Assembly (NCBI GenBank): GCA_964016885.1
Contig: OZ024741.1
Span: forward strand, 353,710,001-353,774,000
Length of the DNA stretch: 64,000 bases
Reading direction: 5' to 3'
Source of the DNA: Eledone cirrhosa
Lineage: Eukaryota
Position 1 is the first letter of the stretch, and each line of letters begins with the position of its first letter. Both the position numbers and the translations under genes were made by a program. The notes under the pieces are model-generated. The model was not told where the DNA came from. It searched no databases and saw nothing but the letters and a program-made list of their open reading frames with translations. Shown here in pieces: positions 1 through 13,734 of this stretch.

Positions 1-331
1 TTCATATATCTAAAGAAATACGGTATGTTTATAAATAAACATTTAGAAAGCCATAGCTATGAATAATACTGGCAGCCAACACCACTAAGTGCTGACCGGC
101 AAAAGTAAGGAGGACAATCGTCGATGCATTTCGAAGTCAACTGGTCCTCGTCAGGACGTTATCTCCCGCTCTCGCAACTGACGAGAACCAGTTGAGTTTG
201 AAATGCATCGACGATTGTCCCCCTTGCTTCTGTCGGGCACCGCTTGGTGGTGTTGGCTACTAGTGTTATTCATAGCTATAGCTTTCTAAATGTTTATTCA
301 TAAACATATCGTATTTCTTCAGAAATATGAA
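1..331. repeat. Fold-back (arms ~1-154 / 178-331) carrying hammerhead motifs; non-autonomous PLE-type terminus
   Basis: The arms are imperfect reverse complements; the right arm is followed by (CA)/(TA)n. Confidence 0.85.
119..158 (-). ncRNA. Minimal type I hammerhead ribozyme
   Basis: Minus strand: CGTC CTGACGA GGA-ccagttgac-TTC GAA ATGCAT C GACG. Helix I CGTC/GACG, palindromic helix III ATGCAT. The plus copy at 178-213 lacks the 5' helix I arm. Confidence 0.75.
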
Positions 332-382
332 ATTCAAATACATACATATACACACACACACACACATATATATATATCTATA

Positions 383-449
<67 letters not shown>

Positions 450-462
450 ATATATGTGTATA

Positions 463-526
<64 letters not shown>

Positions 527-819
527 GTTAAATATTAGACAGGAACAACAAACAGAGAGGCAGTACAAATGGTAGTTTATTAGGTTCACGCTTTTGAGAG
601 TGTGATGGGGGACATATATATGTATATATATATAGTAATAAAAATAAATTTGAAGATTAAAATCCAACGAGGGCTCGATAAGGATAAATTTCAGAAGATC
701 CCGTTAAGATGTGTGTGTGTGTGTGTGTATCATAATATAATAAAGTGAGGAGTGAGGCATTGTGTCCTGAAAATATTTTTTATCCCGTTAATAAAATGTG
801 TCGGATTGCTTTGAATAAA

Positions 820-1005
820 TAATTGTTTCTACTTTAGGCACAAGGCCAGCAAATTACCCAGTGCATTACTGGTACTTTATTTTATCGACCCCGTAAGGAT
901 GAAAAGCAAAGTCAACCTCGGCGGGATTTGAACTCAGATCGTAAAGGGACGTAACTATGCTGGAAAGCATGGCGTCCGACCCTCTACCGATACTGCCAAT
1001 CCACC
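820..1005 (-). mobile_element. tRNA-derived SINE (Nin/Deu-like core)
   Basis: GGATTGGCAGTATCGGTAGAG (A box) ... GAGTTCAAATCCC (B box) ... TTTCATCCTTACGGGGTCGATAAAATAAAGTACCAG. Confidence 0.9.
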
Positions 1006-1350
1006 AATGAATGAATATTACATAATTTATGTACTCAATTTCGTAGCTGCTGATTAAACATAAATATTCTTATATATTTTAAGATTCACTTCTTTTAAAA
1101 TTTTCAAATCTCAATACTTCCGGTTATGATATAACAGAAGCTCTATTATATCGCTTATATAAACGTTCATATATTTGCATCGTTATATCATAACGTTTAT
1201 ATTACGTATAATATCAATATGCACACTACACATACTAGCAGAAAACCTCCCAAAGGGTAATTTTTCTGCTAGTATATATAACTGTTGTAGGGTTGCAGGT
1301 AAATGGGTCCGTAGGCGGTATGCCGGTTGAGCACTCGATGCTGGCGCAGA

Positions 1351-1440
1351 CATATTTAAGGAACCTTTGAATGCAGAGTCAGGTTCGATCTGTAACAGAT
1401 CCTGCCTCGAGCTGGCCGACGGAGAAACATATGTAATATG
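1351..1440 (+). ncRNA. Decayed long-helix-II hammerhead (family shared with 25677-25766 and 55920-56010)
   Basis: CATAT TTAAGGA ACC...GGA GAA ACATATGT A ATATG. Helices I and III intact, core mutated. Confidence 0.5.
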
Positions 1441-1607
1441 ATAATAAATTGTGGTTTGATGCATTACTGATTCCTCGTTATCTATCATATATATATAATA
1501 AATGTAATCTGAGTTTTTCGAATGTTAATAATAACATTCGATTCGTTTGCAATTATGCAAACAAACCTCATTTTAAAAGCCATGTCAGTAGAATGAGCCC
1601 TTCATTC

Positions 1608-1960
1608 TTGCTCTTGTTTTGGCATGTAAACAGACCTGCAGACACTAATGTTTCTGGGTATCACCCTTCATCAGTACAGCTCACTGTTCACCTGCCAACT
1701 CTCAGAGCTAGTGAAAATATATGCTACTTTCTAAAATATACCGTGACTGATCAATGGATCTGCTAATATGCAGGTCTGACTGATCAGCCGGTCTGCTAAT
1801 ATGCAAATCAGGCCGATCAGTCACTGTGTATTTTAGAAAATAGCATATATTTTCACTAGCTATGACAGTTTGGCAGGTGAACAGTGAGCTGTACTGATGA
1901 AGGGGGATACCCAGAAACATTAATGTCTGCAGTTCTGTTTACATGCCAACACAAGAGCAA
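1608..1960. repeat. Fold-back with two hammerheads (1636-1679 minus, 1889-1932 plus)
   Basis: Arms ~1608-1753 / 1814-1960. Plus copy reads CTGTA CTGATGA AGGG-GGATA-CCCA GAA ACATTAATGT C TGCAG. Confidence 0.8.
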
Positions 1961-3277
1961 TATCAACTAGAAATTGATTGACATATATATATATATCTAT
2001 ATATATATCTAAAATAAACATATGAAACAATCACAGGGAATAATTTGTAAAAGTGTGTAAACACACACAGCTAGGTAGGTAACTAATTAAAGTTTAACTA
2101 GAACTTTAAAAATAGATACCTTATAAATTTATTAACCTTCCTTGTATATATTTCATTAAAGAAATATATTTCACCATTAATCGATCGGTAAACCACAGTA
2201 GCCAAATCCTGGATTTTCAACAAGGGAGAAGATCCAACAATCTGTGTTTACACAGCAAATTCAAATCTGCGAATAACTAGTACCACGTGTTGCATTTTTT
2301 TTAAATACATACATCGTACCAGTTACATCCCAGTGGCGTGAATAGGGTTATCGACAACTAGAAATAGCAGCCGAGTCCTTTCAACTGAGTTAGCTCTACA
2401 ATTAAGGGGCCGTGTATATATCCAAAATTAAATTAAAGAAATATATTTCTTTAATGATATATATATATATAAGGAAGATTAATCATTTTAAAAGGTATCT
2501 ATTTTTAAAGTTCTAGTTAAACGTTAATTAGTTACCTACCTAGCTGTGTGTGCTTACACACATTTACAAATTATTCCTTGTGATTGTTTCATATGTTTAT
2601 TTTAGATATATATATATATATATATATGTCAATCAATTTCTAGTTGCTATAAAATGCTCGGATCTATTCATTGGAATCTTGGAGCATATTCTACAGTGGA
2701 TATGGCGCATGACACCCTTAATTTAATGTTGGGTATATATACGGCCCCTTAATTGTAGAGCTAACTCAGTTGAAAGGAATCGGCTGCTATTTCTAGTTGT
2801 CGATAATCCTATTCACGCCACTGGGATGAAGCTGGTACGATGTGTGTATTTAAAAAAAAAATGCAACACGTGCTGCTAGTCATTCACAGATTTGCATTTG
2901 CTGTGTAAACAAAGATAGTTAAATCTTCTCCCTTGTTGAAAATGCGGTATTTGGCTACTGTGGTTTACCGATTGATTGATGGTGAAATATATTTATTTAA
3001 TGAAATATATACAAGGAAGATTAATCATTTTAAAAGGTATCTATATTTAATGTTCTAGTTAAACTTTAATTAGTTACCTACCTAGCTGTGTGTGCTTACA
3101 CACTTTTGCAAATTATTCCCTGTGATTGTTTCATATGTTTATTTTAGATATATATATATATATCAATCAATTTCTAGTTGATATAAAATGCTCGGATCTA
3201 TTCATTGGAATCTTTGAGCATATTGTACAGTGGATATGGCGCATGTCTCTCGGACATGACACCCTTAATTTAATTTT

Positions 3278-3280
<3 letters not shown>
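1961..3280. repeat. Non-coding ~535 bp tandem unit (2450-3280) preceded by an inverted copy (1961-2449)
   Basis: TCAATCAATTTCTAGTTG recurs at ~2629 and ~3163; 1961-2449 is the reverse complement of part of the unit. Confidence 0.85.
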
Positions 3281-3322
<42 letters not shown>

Positions 3323-3590
3323 CACACACATACATATATGTATGTGCGTGCGTTTGTGTGTCGAGTTGGAAAAATGTCGACGAAACAAGAATATCAGTTC
3401 TCATCAGTCGACCGCTGAAGGTCCTCGTTGTTTCGGTTATTTAAGGTATCTGCCAGTAGCTCCAGTGCAGACGGAACAGTAATAAATGGATATGAGTGTT
3501 GTGTATGTTTGTATGTATGTATGTATGTATGTATGTATGTATGTATGTATGTATGTATGTATGTATGTATGTATGTATGTATGTATGTAT

Positions 3591-5113
3591 GTTCTTCTGG
3601 TTTTATAATTTCACAAAGTTTTACCAATAGAGAAAGAGTCGGTTTCTAACATAGACACAAGACTCTCTCATTGGAATTTACACAACATCAACTAGGTAGA
3701 TATGTATGTATCTCTGCATGCATGCATGTGTAGATATGGATGTTATTGTATGTGTGGATGTGGATGTTTTGAGTTGTATGTGTGCATGTGTATATGCTTT
3801 GTATCTGTACATGTGTATATGTAGTTATTAGATGCAAAATTTTTAGAATGTTTTACATATTTTTACTGTTCCATTAATGGATTGTACTTGTAATTTCCTA
3901 ACTAGTTGTGTTCTTTCTGTTCCTGTGAAGCCTAGCTTCTCAAGATTTGTATTGAGGCAGTTACTAACATATCCCAGTACCCCAATAATCACAGGCATAA
4001 ATCTGAAGGTGTAATCAGGGTGGAGTATCTGCAGATTTCTCATCAGTTCTGCATAAATATTCTCCTTTTCACTAATCTTTGATATTATATTGGCATCTGT
4101 TGGGCAGCTAATTTCCACTACTGTGCATGTTTTCTTCTCCCTGTCCCATATCATAATATCTGGTCTGTTATGCCTGCATTTTATTAGGGTTTTTACTGGA
4201 ACATTCCACCAGTACTCTTTCATATTATGTACATGGATGTCTTCCACATTGTTGTAGCTTTTAATGTGTTTGTTATCGGGGCTATCTTTTTTACGAACTG
4301 CATTGTACAGTGTTTTGGCCACTACATCATGCCTCATAGGTAGATAGTACCGCGATGCCATCTTTGGACAGCTGCTGATGACATGGGTGATATCCTCGAT
4401 GTTAGTTCTGCAAAGTCTGCACTTGTTATCACATCTAGGTGTTTTGCCTGCATCCCTATCTCTTTTGTGAATCAGATATTTCGTGCTAATCTCCTGTTCT
4501 TGGATTGCAAAAGCGTATCCTTCAAAGTGGGAGCCAATATAGCGGTTGTTGGTCCAAGATAGACTACTTTCCTTATCTATATTACTCTCACTCTGGAGCT
4601 TCCTGGCAACATATCCATGCATGATTTTTTGCTGATAGGCATGCAGTTTTTCATCCATGGATTCACTGCGATACTGCTGAGCGACATCCCTGGGTGTGAG
4701 TTTTTGATTATCACACAGGGAATATCTCTCAAGGAGTTCCTTCCCAACTCTCATGATCTTATCTGTTTCATGCAGATAGACTTGCTCGAGAAGCGGGCTC
4801 CTACGCTTCGAGGTTCGTAGATGTTGTCGGAGAGATATGATGCGACATTCAAATGTTGTCTGGACTGATGTTAGGCCTCTGCCTCCCTGCTTACGTTTCA
4901 AGTAAAGGCTGTCTATGTCACTGTAGATGTGGAAGTTTCCGGTGTTGTTCAGTATTTTTCGAGTTCCAACTTCAACTGCTCGGATTTCGTCTATTGTCCA
5001 ATTGAGTATTCCAAACGTTGGTGTTAGGACAGGCACAGCAAACACATTGTGAGCCACTGTTTTGTTTTGCGCAGAGAGTTCCAATGACCAGATCTTTCTT
5101 AATCGGGTGTAGT
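3591..5113 (-). mobile_element. 5'-truncated RLE-type non-LTR retrotransposon (R4/Dong-like)
   Basis: Contains ORF 3843-5084 plus 3' UTR; both ends abut (TATG)n. Confidence 0.85.
3843..5084 (-). CDS. RT C-terminus + CCHC zinc knuckle + restriction-like endonuclease (partial)
   Basis: GGRGL, CRLC..HVISSC, RHD, RPDI, VVEIS, KE..Y motifs. Confidence 0.9.
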   Translation of the reverse strand: MELSAQNKTVAHNVFAVPVLTPTFGILNWTIDEIRAVEVGTRKILNNTGNFHIYSDIDSLYLKRKQGGRGLTSVQTTFECRIISLRQHLRTSKRRSPLLEQVYLHETDKIMRVGKELLERYSLCDNQKLTPRDVAQQYRSESMDEKLHAYQQKIMHGYVARKLQSESNIDKESSLSWTNNRYIGSHFEGYAFAIQEQEISTKYLIHKRDRDAGKTPRCDNKCRLCRTNIEDITHVISSCPKMASRYYLPMRHDVVAKTLYNAVRKKDSPDNKHIKSYNNVEDIHVHNMKEYWWNVPVKTLIKCRHNRPDIMIWDREKKTCTVVEISCPTDANIISKISEKENIYAELMRNLQILHPDYTFRFMPVIIGVLGYVSNCLNTNLEKLGFTGTERTQLVRKLQVQSINGTVKICKTF

Positions 5114-6029
5114 ATGTATGTATGTATGTATGTATGTATGTATGTATGTATGTATGTATGTATGTATGTATGTATGTATGTATTTAGGAATGCGTATCTA
5201 CATGTGTATATATATATACATATATTCATATGCATGTGAGTGTGTGCATGTCTATGGAACTTCAACATTTTGTTATAGCAACATTACTCAATGTTGTGTA
5301 CTCTATCCATTACATAGACTAATCTATTTTAATTTAGGCCTCAAGAGTATTTTTTTTTATCTTTTAGCAGATTTGTTTTTGCACACTTTGTTTATGTATG
5401 AAGGCAATTATTCTCATGTGATTGCTAATAATGTTTTTATTAATAGCTTATTGTTATGAAACGAAAATTAGTCGGTTTGCTGAGCCGACGCTGAACATTA
5501 CGTCTAGTTAGCTTACATAGTGGCAGTTGTAGCCATGCCCCACGTTTACAGGATTTATAGAACTTAAGCTAAGTATATACATGTGGGTGTCTTTGTATTT
5601 GTGTATATCGATATTACATTAAGGTAACTCTCTGAACTGGACTCTAATCCATAGGCAAACGTAATCATTCATTAAATAGAGTACCAGATATAATGAGTAG
5701 CGGATTAAATGATGCGTGGTACGTTTGATAACTTGAAATGAAAGATCAACTCGCCGCACCAGTGTCGGTAACACCACTTTGATGTAGCGTTTCCACGGTT
5801 TCTTCATTAATTTGAATTCACTTTTAATCAGAGTAAATGAGACGAAATGGTAGTAACATTCGTTTAATAATTAAAGCTGTAATTTAGCAATTTCAAGTGA
5901 TATTTTGCTATTTAAAAAATGATAATACGTAGTGCTAGTTTCTCTACTAATTCAACGTGTTTGGTGTTCGTGCGGTATTTTAATATTTTAAATTGAAATT
6001 ATTTTGTATTAATACGATTAAAAAAGAAC

Positions 6030-7800
6030 AGCCATGTCATAAAACACGAAATTAGCAAACACGAGCGCTCAAGTCGTCAAGAAATCACACTGAATTTTAG
6101 AAGAGAAATTGAAGTTATTCGGTGAATGGAGGGTAGTGACGGTCAGATTAGTATTTGGGAGATTATGAATTTGCCTCTGTCGACTGTAACCATGATCGTA
6201 AAGAATGCAGAGAAAATAAAGAGGTCCATGCAACAAACTACCAGAATAATTAATTGTGTTGCATTTGAATTATTCATGGGGTAACTTAATAGAATAAGTA
6301 GAGATTATTCGCGTTGAAGGTGGACGACTGGAAGCAGAAAAACATTCCATTGACTCAAACTCTCATTTGTGATGAGGCAAAGAATATTTTTATGAAGTGA
6401 AAAAAGAGAAAGGTGTAGTTGAAAAATTGGCGTAAGGGCTGGTTTGCTAGCTATAAGTGTTGCACTGTGTGCCCTACTGTTAAGAAATCTAATGAGCTAA
6501 CAAGTGAAAATATCGAGTAGCTAAACCATTTCTTGCAGAAATACAAACAATTTTACAGAGCAATGAAAATTTTAAAGATTCTATTTTCAATGTTCATGAA
6601 CATTGCAAGAGAATACTTTCGAGAAACTATTATTCAATTGGGTAAATGTCTGTATTAGGATTTAAAGCTGCCAAGGATAGAATAAATCTCATATTTAGAG
6701 CGTTGAATTGGTTGTATTGGTAGAGTGTCGGACAACATGTTTTATGGTATATAGTTACATCCCTTTACACTTTGAGTTCAAATCCCGCCGGTGCTAGTTT
6801 CGCCTTTATCCTTACTGGGGCCGATTTAACCGACTTTTTTCTCCTTCCCAAATTGTTGGCCTTCTGCCTAAATCAGAAACTATATTTGGTGGTTACGTTT
6901 CAAGAACCCTGAAATGAAAGCTAATATTGGTCTGCTACTCAAAACAACTCTGCGCATTAAAGGGATTAAGTAGGTTAAAATTACCTGTCTATTGGAAGAA
7001 TGCGTGAGTCACACAGAAATTGTTTCTGGGGCGGTATATAATCAATTTTGCACTGTTAAGTATAATATCTTCATTGGGAATGATTTGCAAATAATGCCAA
7101 TCTTCTGTTAGACAACAGCCCCGGCCAATGTCAAAATTTGATGGAATTAAAATGAAGCTTGATGTAAACGTAATTCACATTTCTCGAAAAGCAACATGTT
7201 CTTCGGTCGATGGATCAAGGCGTAATATCAACTTTCAAGTTGCATTATCTGCTGGAACCGTTTACGAAAATGGTCAATGTTTTTGAGAGAAGCCCAGATA
7301 TGACTGTCGTCATTTAACATTTTCAAATGCCAACCATTTTATACATATTGCCAAGAAAGGTCACTACAAACAGCTTAAATGCAGTTGGAAGGAAGTTCTA
7401 TCCAGTCAAAGAATGACTTTGATGGATTTGGACCGGTGCACTCATACAAGTGATTTCAAATTTGGGAAGGAGAGGCTGGGTTGGGTGCAGTTCCCGAATA
7501 TAGCAAATTGCGATTAATTACAGGAAAGAAGAAAAAAACATTTTCTAATTGAAGAATTAGCAGATTTGGAAGAACAAGAGAACGCACTAAAAGAGAACAA
7601 TGGCGTTCTGTTTTGAAGGTAATAAAAACTGATATCCTTAAAGACTTTTTTTGGCTAATGGTAATTTTTGTAATGTAGAGTGTTGTAAAATAGACTATGA
7701 CCGGAAGCAAAGTATCTTTGTTTAAATATAATCTCAGCCCCTTATTATGAAATTCTTATGGAATGGGAAAGAAAGTCATGGCAACAATTCTGGGCCTATA
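6030..7800 (+). pseudogene. Decayed pogo/Tigger-like (CENP-B/DDE) transposase interrupted by a SINE
   Basis: Fragmented frames read LPLSTVTMIVKNAEKIK, KGWF, IFNVHE, GFKAAKDRINL, LLDNSPG, MDQGVISTFK; many stops and frameshifts. Confidence 0.75.
6700..6882 (+). mobile_element. tRNA-derived SINE (diverged)
   Basis: GAGTTCAAATCCCGCC B box and the family 3' end. Confidence 0.8.
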
Positions 7801-8195
7801 TTTTCAGGAAAGTGAACAACCCTCAGTAAGATCCGTCATCGATGGATGTAACGCAACGAAGGCCATCATCACAGAACGAATGTTATAAAAATTACATCAT
7901 TAACTATGGACAGAATCACTTGGTGGGTATTCAATTTATTCGCAGCGTCGTTCATCAAATTCGACAGCATTTTAAAGTTATTATTACATATTTTATATAT
8001 TAAAATAGCAATTAGTGTTATCTACATTAGTAAAAACTGATATTAACATGATTTTATTGAAATGATGTATAGATTTTTGGATGCCTGAAATTCATCCTTG
8101 TTTTCTGCATAATATAATGAATTGATTTTGTGCCGAGTTCATTTACGCGCACATTTTCTGGAACGTATCGCTGGCTTCAAATCATGGGTACCTTA

Positions 8196-8247
<52 letters not shown>

Positions 8248-8265
8248 GAAATTAGGTATATATAT

Positions 8266-8475
<210 letters not shown>

Positions 8476-9268
8476 AGCGTCTCTGCATCAATCTTCACAA
8501 ACGGCTGTTCTTTCAGAATAAGCAATTAACTGTGCCGCCATTAAGCAGAATTAAATTGTATCAGTTAATTTTTTTTTCCTTTGGAGGTGAAACGATGACA
8601 TGAATAAATTTCCATTATCATCAACTGAAAATTTGAATACATTTGGTTCCAGTAAGAAATCCTCATTATTTCAAAACAAGCTCCAAGAACTGTCGAATAT
8701 CAAAGGACATTACGTGTACACACAAACACACGTGTGCTCACATATATGTATGTATGTAGTTACCTATGAATGTATGTATGTATGTATGTATGTATGTATG
8801 TATGTATGTATGTATGTATGTATATATGTATGTTTGTTTGTATGTATGTTTGAATATATATATATATAATATATATAGACGTATGTATATATGTATATAT
8901 GTATTTATGTATGCATGTATGTATGTATGTATGGTTGTATGTATGTATGTATGCATACATATATATTACGCACACATATATACATATATGTGAGTGTGTT
9001 TATGATATATATATATGTATGTATAAACATATATATATATATATGTGCATGAATACATATACACACGCATACGTACACGCATGCACACATATATATGTAT
9101 GTATATATGTATGTATCTATGCGTGTATGTATGTACGTTTGTATGTATGTATATATGTATGCCTGTATGTATGTATGTATGTATGTATGTACGTATGTAT
9201 GCCTGTATGTATGTGCGTATGTATGCATGTATGTATGTATGCATGTATGTATGCCCGTATGTATGTAT

Positions 9269-10406
9269 AACCAAAACAACTCTTTTGGGGTGGTCACCTT
9301 GCCAGGATGAAGGATTCTAGAATACCAAAACAACTCTTTTATGGAGAGATAGTTAAAGGAAAACGACCGCCCCCCCCATAAACCAAAAAAGAGGTATAAG
9401 GATCCTTGAAGCCTCTCTGAAAGACGCTAACATCTCTGCTGATACATTGGAAAATATTGCTGCTGATCGTAATAAATGGAGAAAGACTGTATATGAGGGA
9501 AAAGTTGCCTTTGAGGCATCTCGAATCGCATACGAGAAAGTAAAGCGGGATGTAATGAAGGGCATTGCTGTTGCACTTCCAGACGGCGAGGGTTCTCTAT
9601 GGTGCTGACATGCAGCGTCTGTGCGAGACTCTGCCTAAGCAAAGCTGGATTCGAAGTCATCTTCGCAGTCATAAAGTAAGACCAGTGGTTGACTACCAGG
9701 CTGCTGTTGGCGATGCTACTCATCATGCTTGCCAAACATGTGGTAGAGAATGTAAATCAGCAGGAGGGCTCAAGCGACATGCAAAAGTACATGAACTCCA
9801 ACCACAGCCGAATATTCCCAGTGAATGTTTTGGTTGCCGACTCTGTGCAAGACATTTTAGATCATTGCCTGGGCTAAAAAGCCACATTCGATCGCAGCAC
9901 TGTTAGTTGTTATCGTGTGTGTGGATGTGTATAGATATGTTTATGTATGTGCGTGTATGTGTATATATATGTATATGTATATTATTATTGTTGTTGTCGT
10001 TATTATTATTGTTGTTATTATTATTATTGTTATTAATGTGTGTGTGTATATATGTGTATGTGTATGTATGTGTATGTATGTGTATGTATATATATATATG
10101 TATATATATATATATGTATATATTTAATTTTTTATTTTATTTTTTATTTATTTATTAATTTTTATTTTTTATTTTTTATTATTTTTTATTTTTTATTTTT
10201 TTATTTTTTATTTTTTATTTTTTATTTTTTATTTTTTATTTTTTATTTTTTATTTTTTATTTTTTATTTTTTATTTTTTATTTTTTATTTTTTATTTTTT
10301 TATTTTATTTTTTATTTTTTATTTTTTATTTTTTTTATTTATTTATTTTTTATTTTATTTTTCTCCTCGTGCAATGGCCATACTCGATAGCGAGGGGCAG
10401 CCATCA
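9269..10406 (+). mobile_element. RTE-clade LINE 3' fragment with C-terminal C2H2 zinc fingers
   Basis: KQLFYGE..KGKRP..KPKKRYKD..AADRNKWR, then three CxxC..HxxxH motifs. 3' terminal stem-loop TGGCCATACTCGATAGCGAGGGGCAGCCA; microsatellites expanded in the UTR. Confidence 0.75.
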
Positions 10407-11238
10407 TGTATGTATGTATGTATGTATGTATGTATGTATTATGTATGTATGTATGTATGTATGTATGTATGTATGTATGTATGTATGTATGCATGTATGT
10501 ATGCCTTATGTATGTATGTAAGTATGCATGTATGTATGCCTATATGTAAGCATGTATGTATGTATGTGTGTATGTATGTATGCATGTATGTATGTATGTA
10601 TGCATGTATGTATGCCTGTATGTATGTATGCATGTATGTATGTATGTATGTGTGTATGTATGCATGTATGTATGTATGCATGTATGAATGGATGGATGGA
10701 TTGATGTATGTGCACGATCCCATTTCGACATACATTTCTGTCGCTCTGATTATGTATGGTTCCCTCTGAATGTGTGTGTATGTCTGTGTGTGCGCACGCG
10801 CGTGTGTGTGTATATATGTGTGTATGAGAGTGAGTGTGTGTGCGTGTGTATATGTGTGTATGTATGAGTGAGTTAGTGTATGTGTGCATTTGCTTTCATG
10901 TGTATGTGTATTTGCTATGTCTATAGAATCAGCTATGAATAAAATCATTTTTATTCACTGTATCTCAGATTTCAACATAAACTATAAATTTTATGATATT
11001 TCTGAAAGAATACTACTTTGATGGTTTTGCAGGTATATGCAATTAAATTACTTCTTGTTCTCCTTCATTCTTTCATTTCTTTCTTATTCATGCTCTCGTG
11101 TATTTATTTATTCATTTAATACTTCCTTTTCTTCCTGTCTTTTTTTTGTTTTTTTTAAATATATTATCATTCGAAAATTTAAACGAAATCCGATCAAGAG
11201 AAAACTTACATTAACATATAAAAACAATGAAAAAATCG

Positions 11239-11311
<73 letters not shown>

Positions 11312-12424
11312 TTATATTTATGTATATTTATATATTTATGTGTATGTTTGTAGTTTGACTCAACAAGGAATTTTCTTTAATTCAGTCTGTTGGTATCACA
11401 GAACGATGTTTCGGAAGGAAGCATCTCTATATATGCTGTTATGCTTATAATCGGATGACATTAGTTTGGCAACTTGAGCTGGCTTAGGTAGGTCTAGGTT
11501 ACACAATGACGTCATCGTAGGAGCTGATTCTAAGTAACGCTTTTTTTTTATAATTTGCTATATGAAGACAAGGGAGAAACACAATCCTGGAAAATGTGAA
11601 ACTATCACGCGTGCATATGATGAACTCTGGAATGTTTTAGTGTCTTGTGACGTGATATAAGAATAGGATTACCCATTCGCAAATTCTTCTGACGTCTCTA
11701 ATGACGTCATAAGATATAAAGCTTAAGACTTCTATTTTTATACTTCTATTTTGTTATGCATTAACGCTACAGGCTTAAATTTACATCATGCAAACCAAAT
11801 ACATGCGCCAACGATTTAAAAATAAGAAAACCTTTGATTATATTTTATATAATCAACATATGCACATCTTTCAATGATTTAGATTCTTGATATGTACATT
11901 TTTGTCCAAAATAATCCTATCTTTCTGCCACCTACCCTGAATAAATCAAAACTGAAACTGCCTTCACATGAAGCCACTTCGATGAAGCATTGTAAAAACT
12001 AACACCTTCCTCTTTCTGCTAGGTCAACCTGTATTGAAAGTGTAAAACAAACAGGGAGTGATGATAAGAGGAGTGGCATTCATTCGAAAACAAGTTTGTT
12101 TAACAAGCATACTTACGCATACTGGCTCAACCTGCAGAAAATAGCAGCCAAATCCCTCAAATTTTCAGTCAATCTAAATTGTATAAGGAATTTGACACTA
12201 CTGCCAATACCGTGACAACCAATCAATATATGTCTGTTGTTTATTTATAATTTTATAAGTCAATAACCCCAACAGGCGCTTTCGTTCACTTTTTCCGTCT
12301 CTAAAAGTGATTTACACAACTTTCTCAACTACTATATATAGCAATCGGCTATTTGGGATTCTCACAATCTCACAATTTCAAATTTTATTTACACAAACGC
12401 ACACACACACACACACACACACAC

Positions 12425-12501
<77 letters not shown>

Positions 12502-12633
12502 CTTATTTTTGTCCTACTAAAACTGGTGGATATGTAGCCTTGACAACCACTAACAAGCGAGAAACAACCTTGTCGGTTACTTCCCCCTTGCTTTTGCTGA
12601 GACTAAGGTTGTGTGACGTTAGTCGCAACCTTA

Positions 12634-12713
<80 letters not shown>

Positions 12714-13329
12714 CAAAATGTTAGTAAGTTCATAATTTTTCCAACGCTGCCATACCCTCACGGCTTCCTTATCAGGAGTACTGTTTATTTTTTATCACCA
12801 TCTTTTGTAGGCTTATGTATTTTTTGAAGATATATGCAATTCTTCTTACAATGCCAGCATTCCATGGATTTCATACGTTTGTATTATACAGAAGAAAGAT
12901 AGGTGCTTAATCATGGAAGTAATACTTATATCGCAATCTAGCGCTAAGTTCGGTGCCAGCCTCATGGGTAGTTTGCACAGGTCATGAACTCGTAACTTGT
13001 GACATGTGAGCCTAAAGGTAAGGTAAGGTATGATTAATTCAGATATGAAAAACTAGGAATGATGGCTAAGTAAGAAAAATTGCATATAACTTCATCAAAT
13101 GCATATGTCTATAATAAAAGAGGCAGTAAAGAAATAAACGAACAACACTCCTGATGATACATGCAGAGATGGTAAAAAAAAGTTGAATTATTCTTAACAG
13201 TTTTAGGCAGCAGACAAGAAAGCCAATTTATGAAGTCATTCTAACATAATATTGCTTCACTTACACTTTTTAAACTCGTCATTATACATATTACTAGAAT
13301 TTGTAACTAAATACATTAACGTATGGAAT

Positions 13330-13515
13330 AATTGTTTTTACTTTTGGCACAAGGCCAGTAATTACTCAGTGCATTACTGGTACTTTATTTTATCGACCCC
13401 GTAAGGATGAAAGGCAAAGTAAACCTCGGCGGGATTTGAACTCAGAATGGCAAGGACCGTAACTCTATGCGTCAAAGCATGGCGTCCGACCCTCTACCGA
13501 TACTGCCAATCCATG
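13330..13515 (-). mobile_element. tRNA-derived SINE
   Basis: Same consensus as 820-1005. Confidence 0.9.
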
Positions 13516-13734
13516 CAATAATACTGATCTTTTTCTTTGCCTAATTTGTGTCTCTTATAATGCTCTCTGTGTTAGCAGCGAGGAGTGACTACGGATTAAA
13601 TTCTGTTTTTCAAACCCTATCACTTCTGGGGTCTTGATCAGAAATTTTCTTTACAACCCTTCACACATTGTTATCCGCCAGGACAAAATTGTATAAGTCC
13701 ACCCAAATGTTGTTCATATAGCATTATTATGAAA

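Noticed and set aside
3385-3415. Minus-strand GTCGA CTGATGA GAA..TTC..TCGAC
   Set aside because: There is no GAAA/helix III in the correct orientation, so it is at best a rearranged remnant.
11395-11460. Minus-strand CCGATTA...GAAACATCGTTC
   Set aside because: The core is mutated and helices I/II pair poorly, so I did not count it as a ribozyme.
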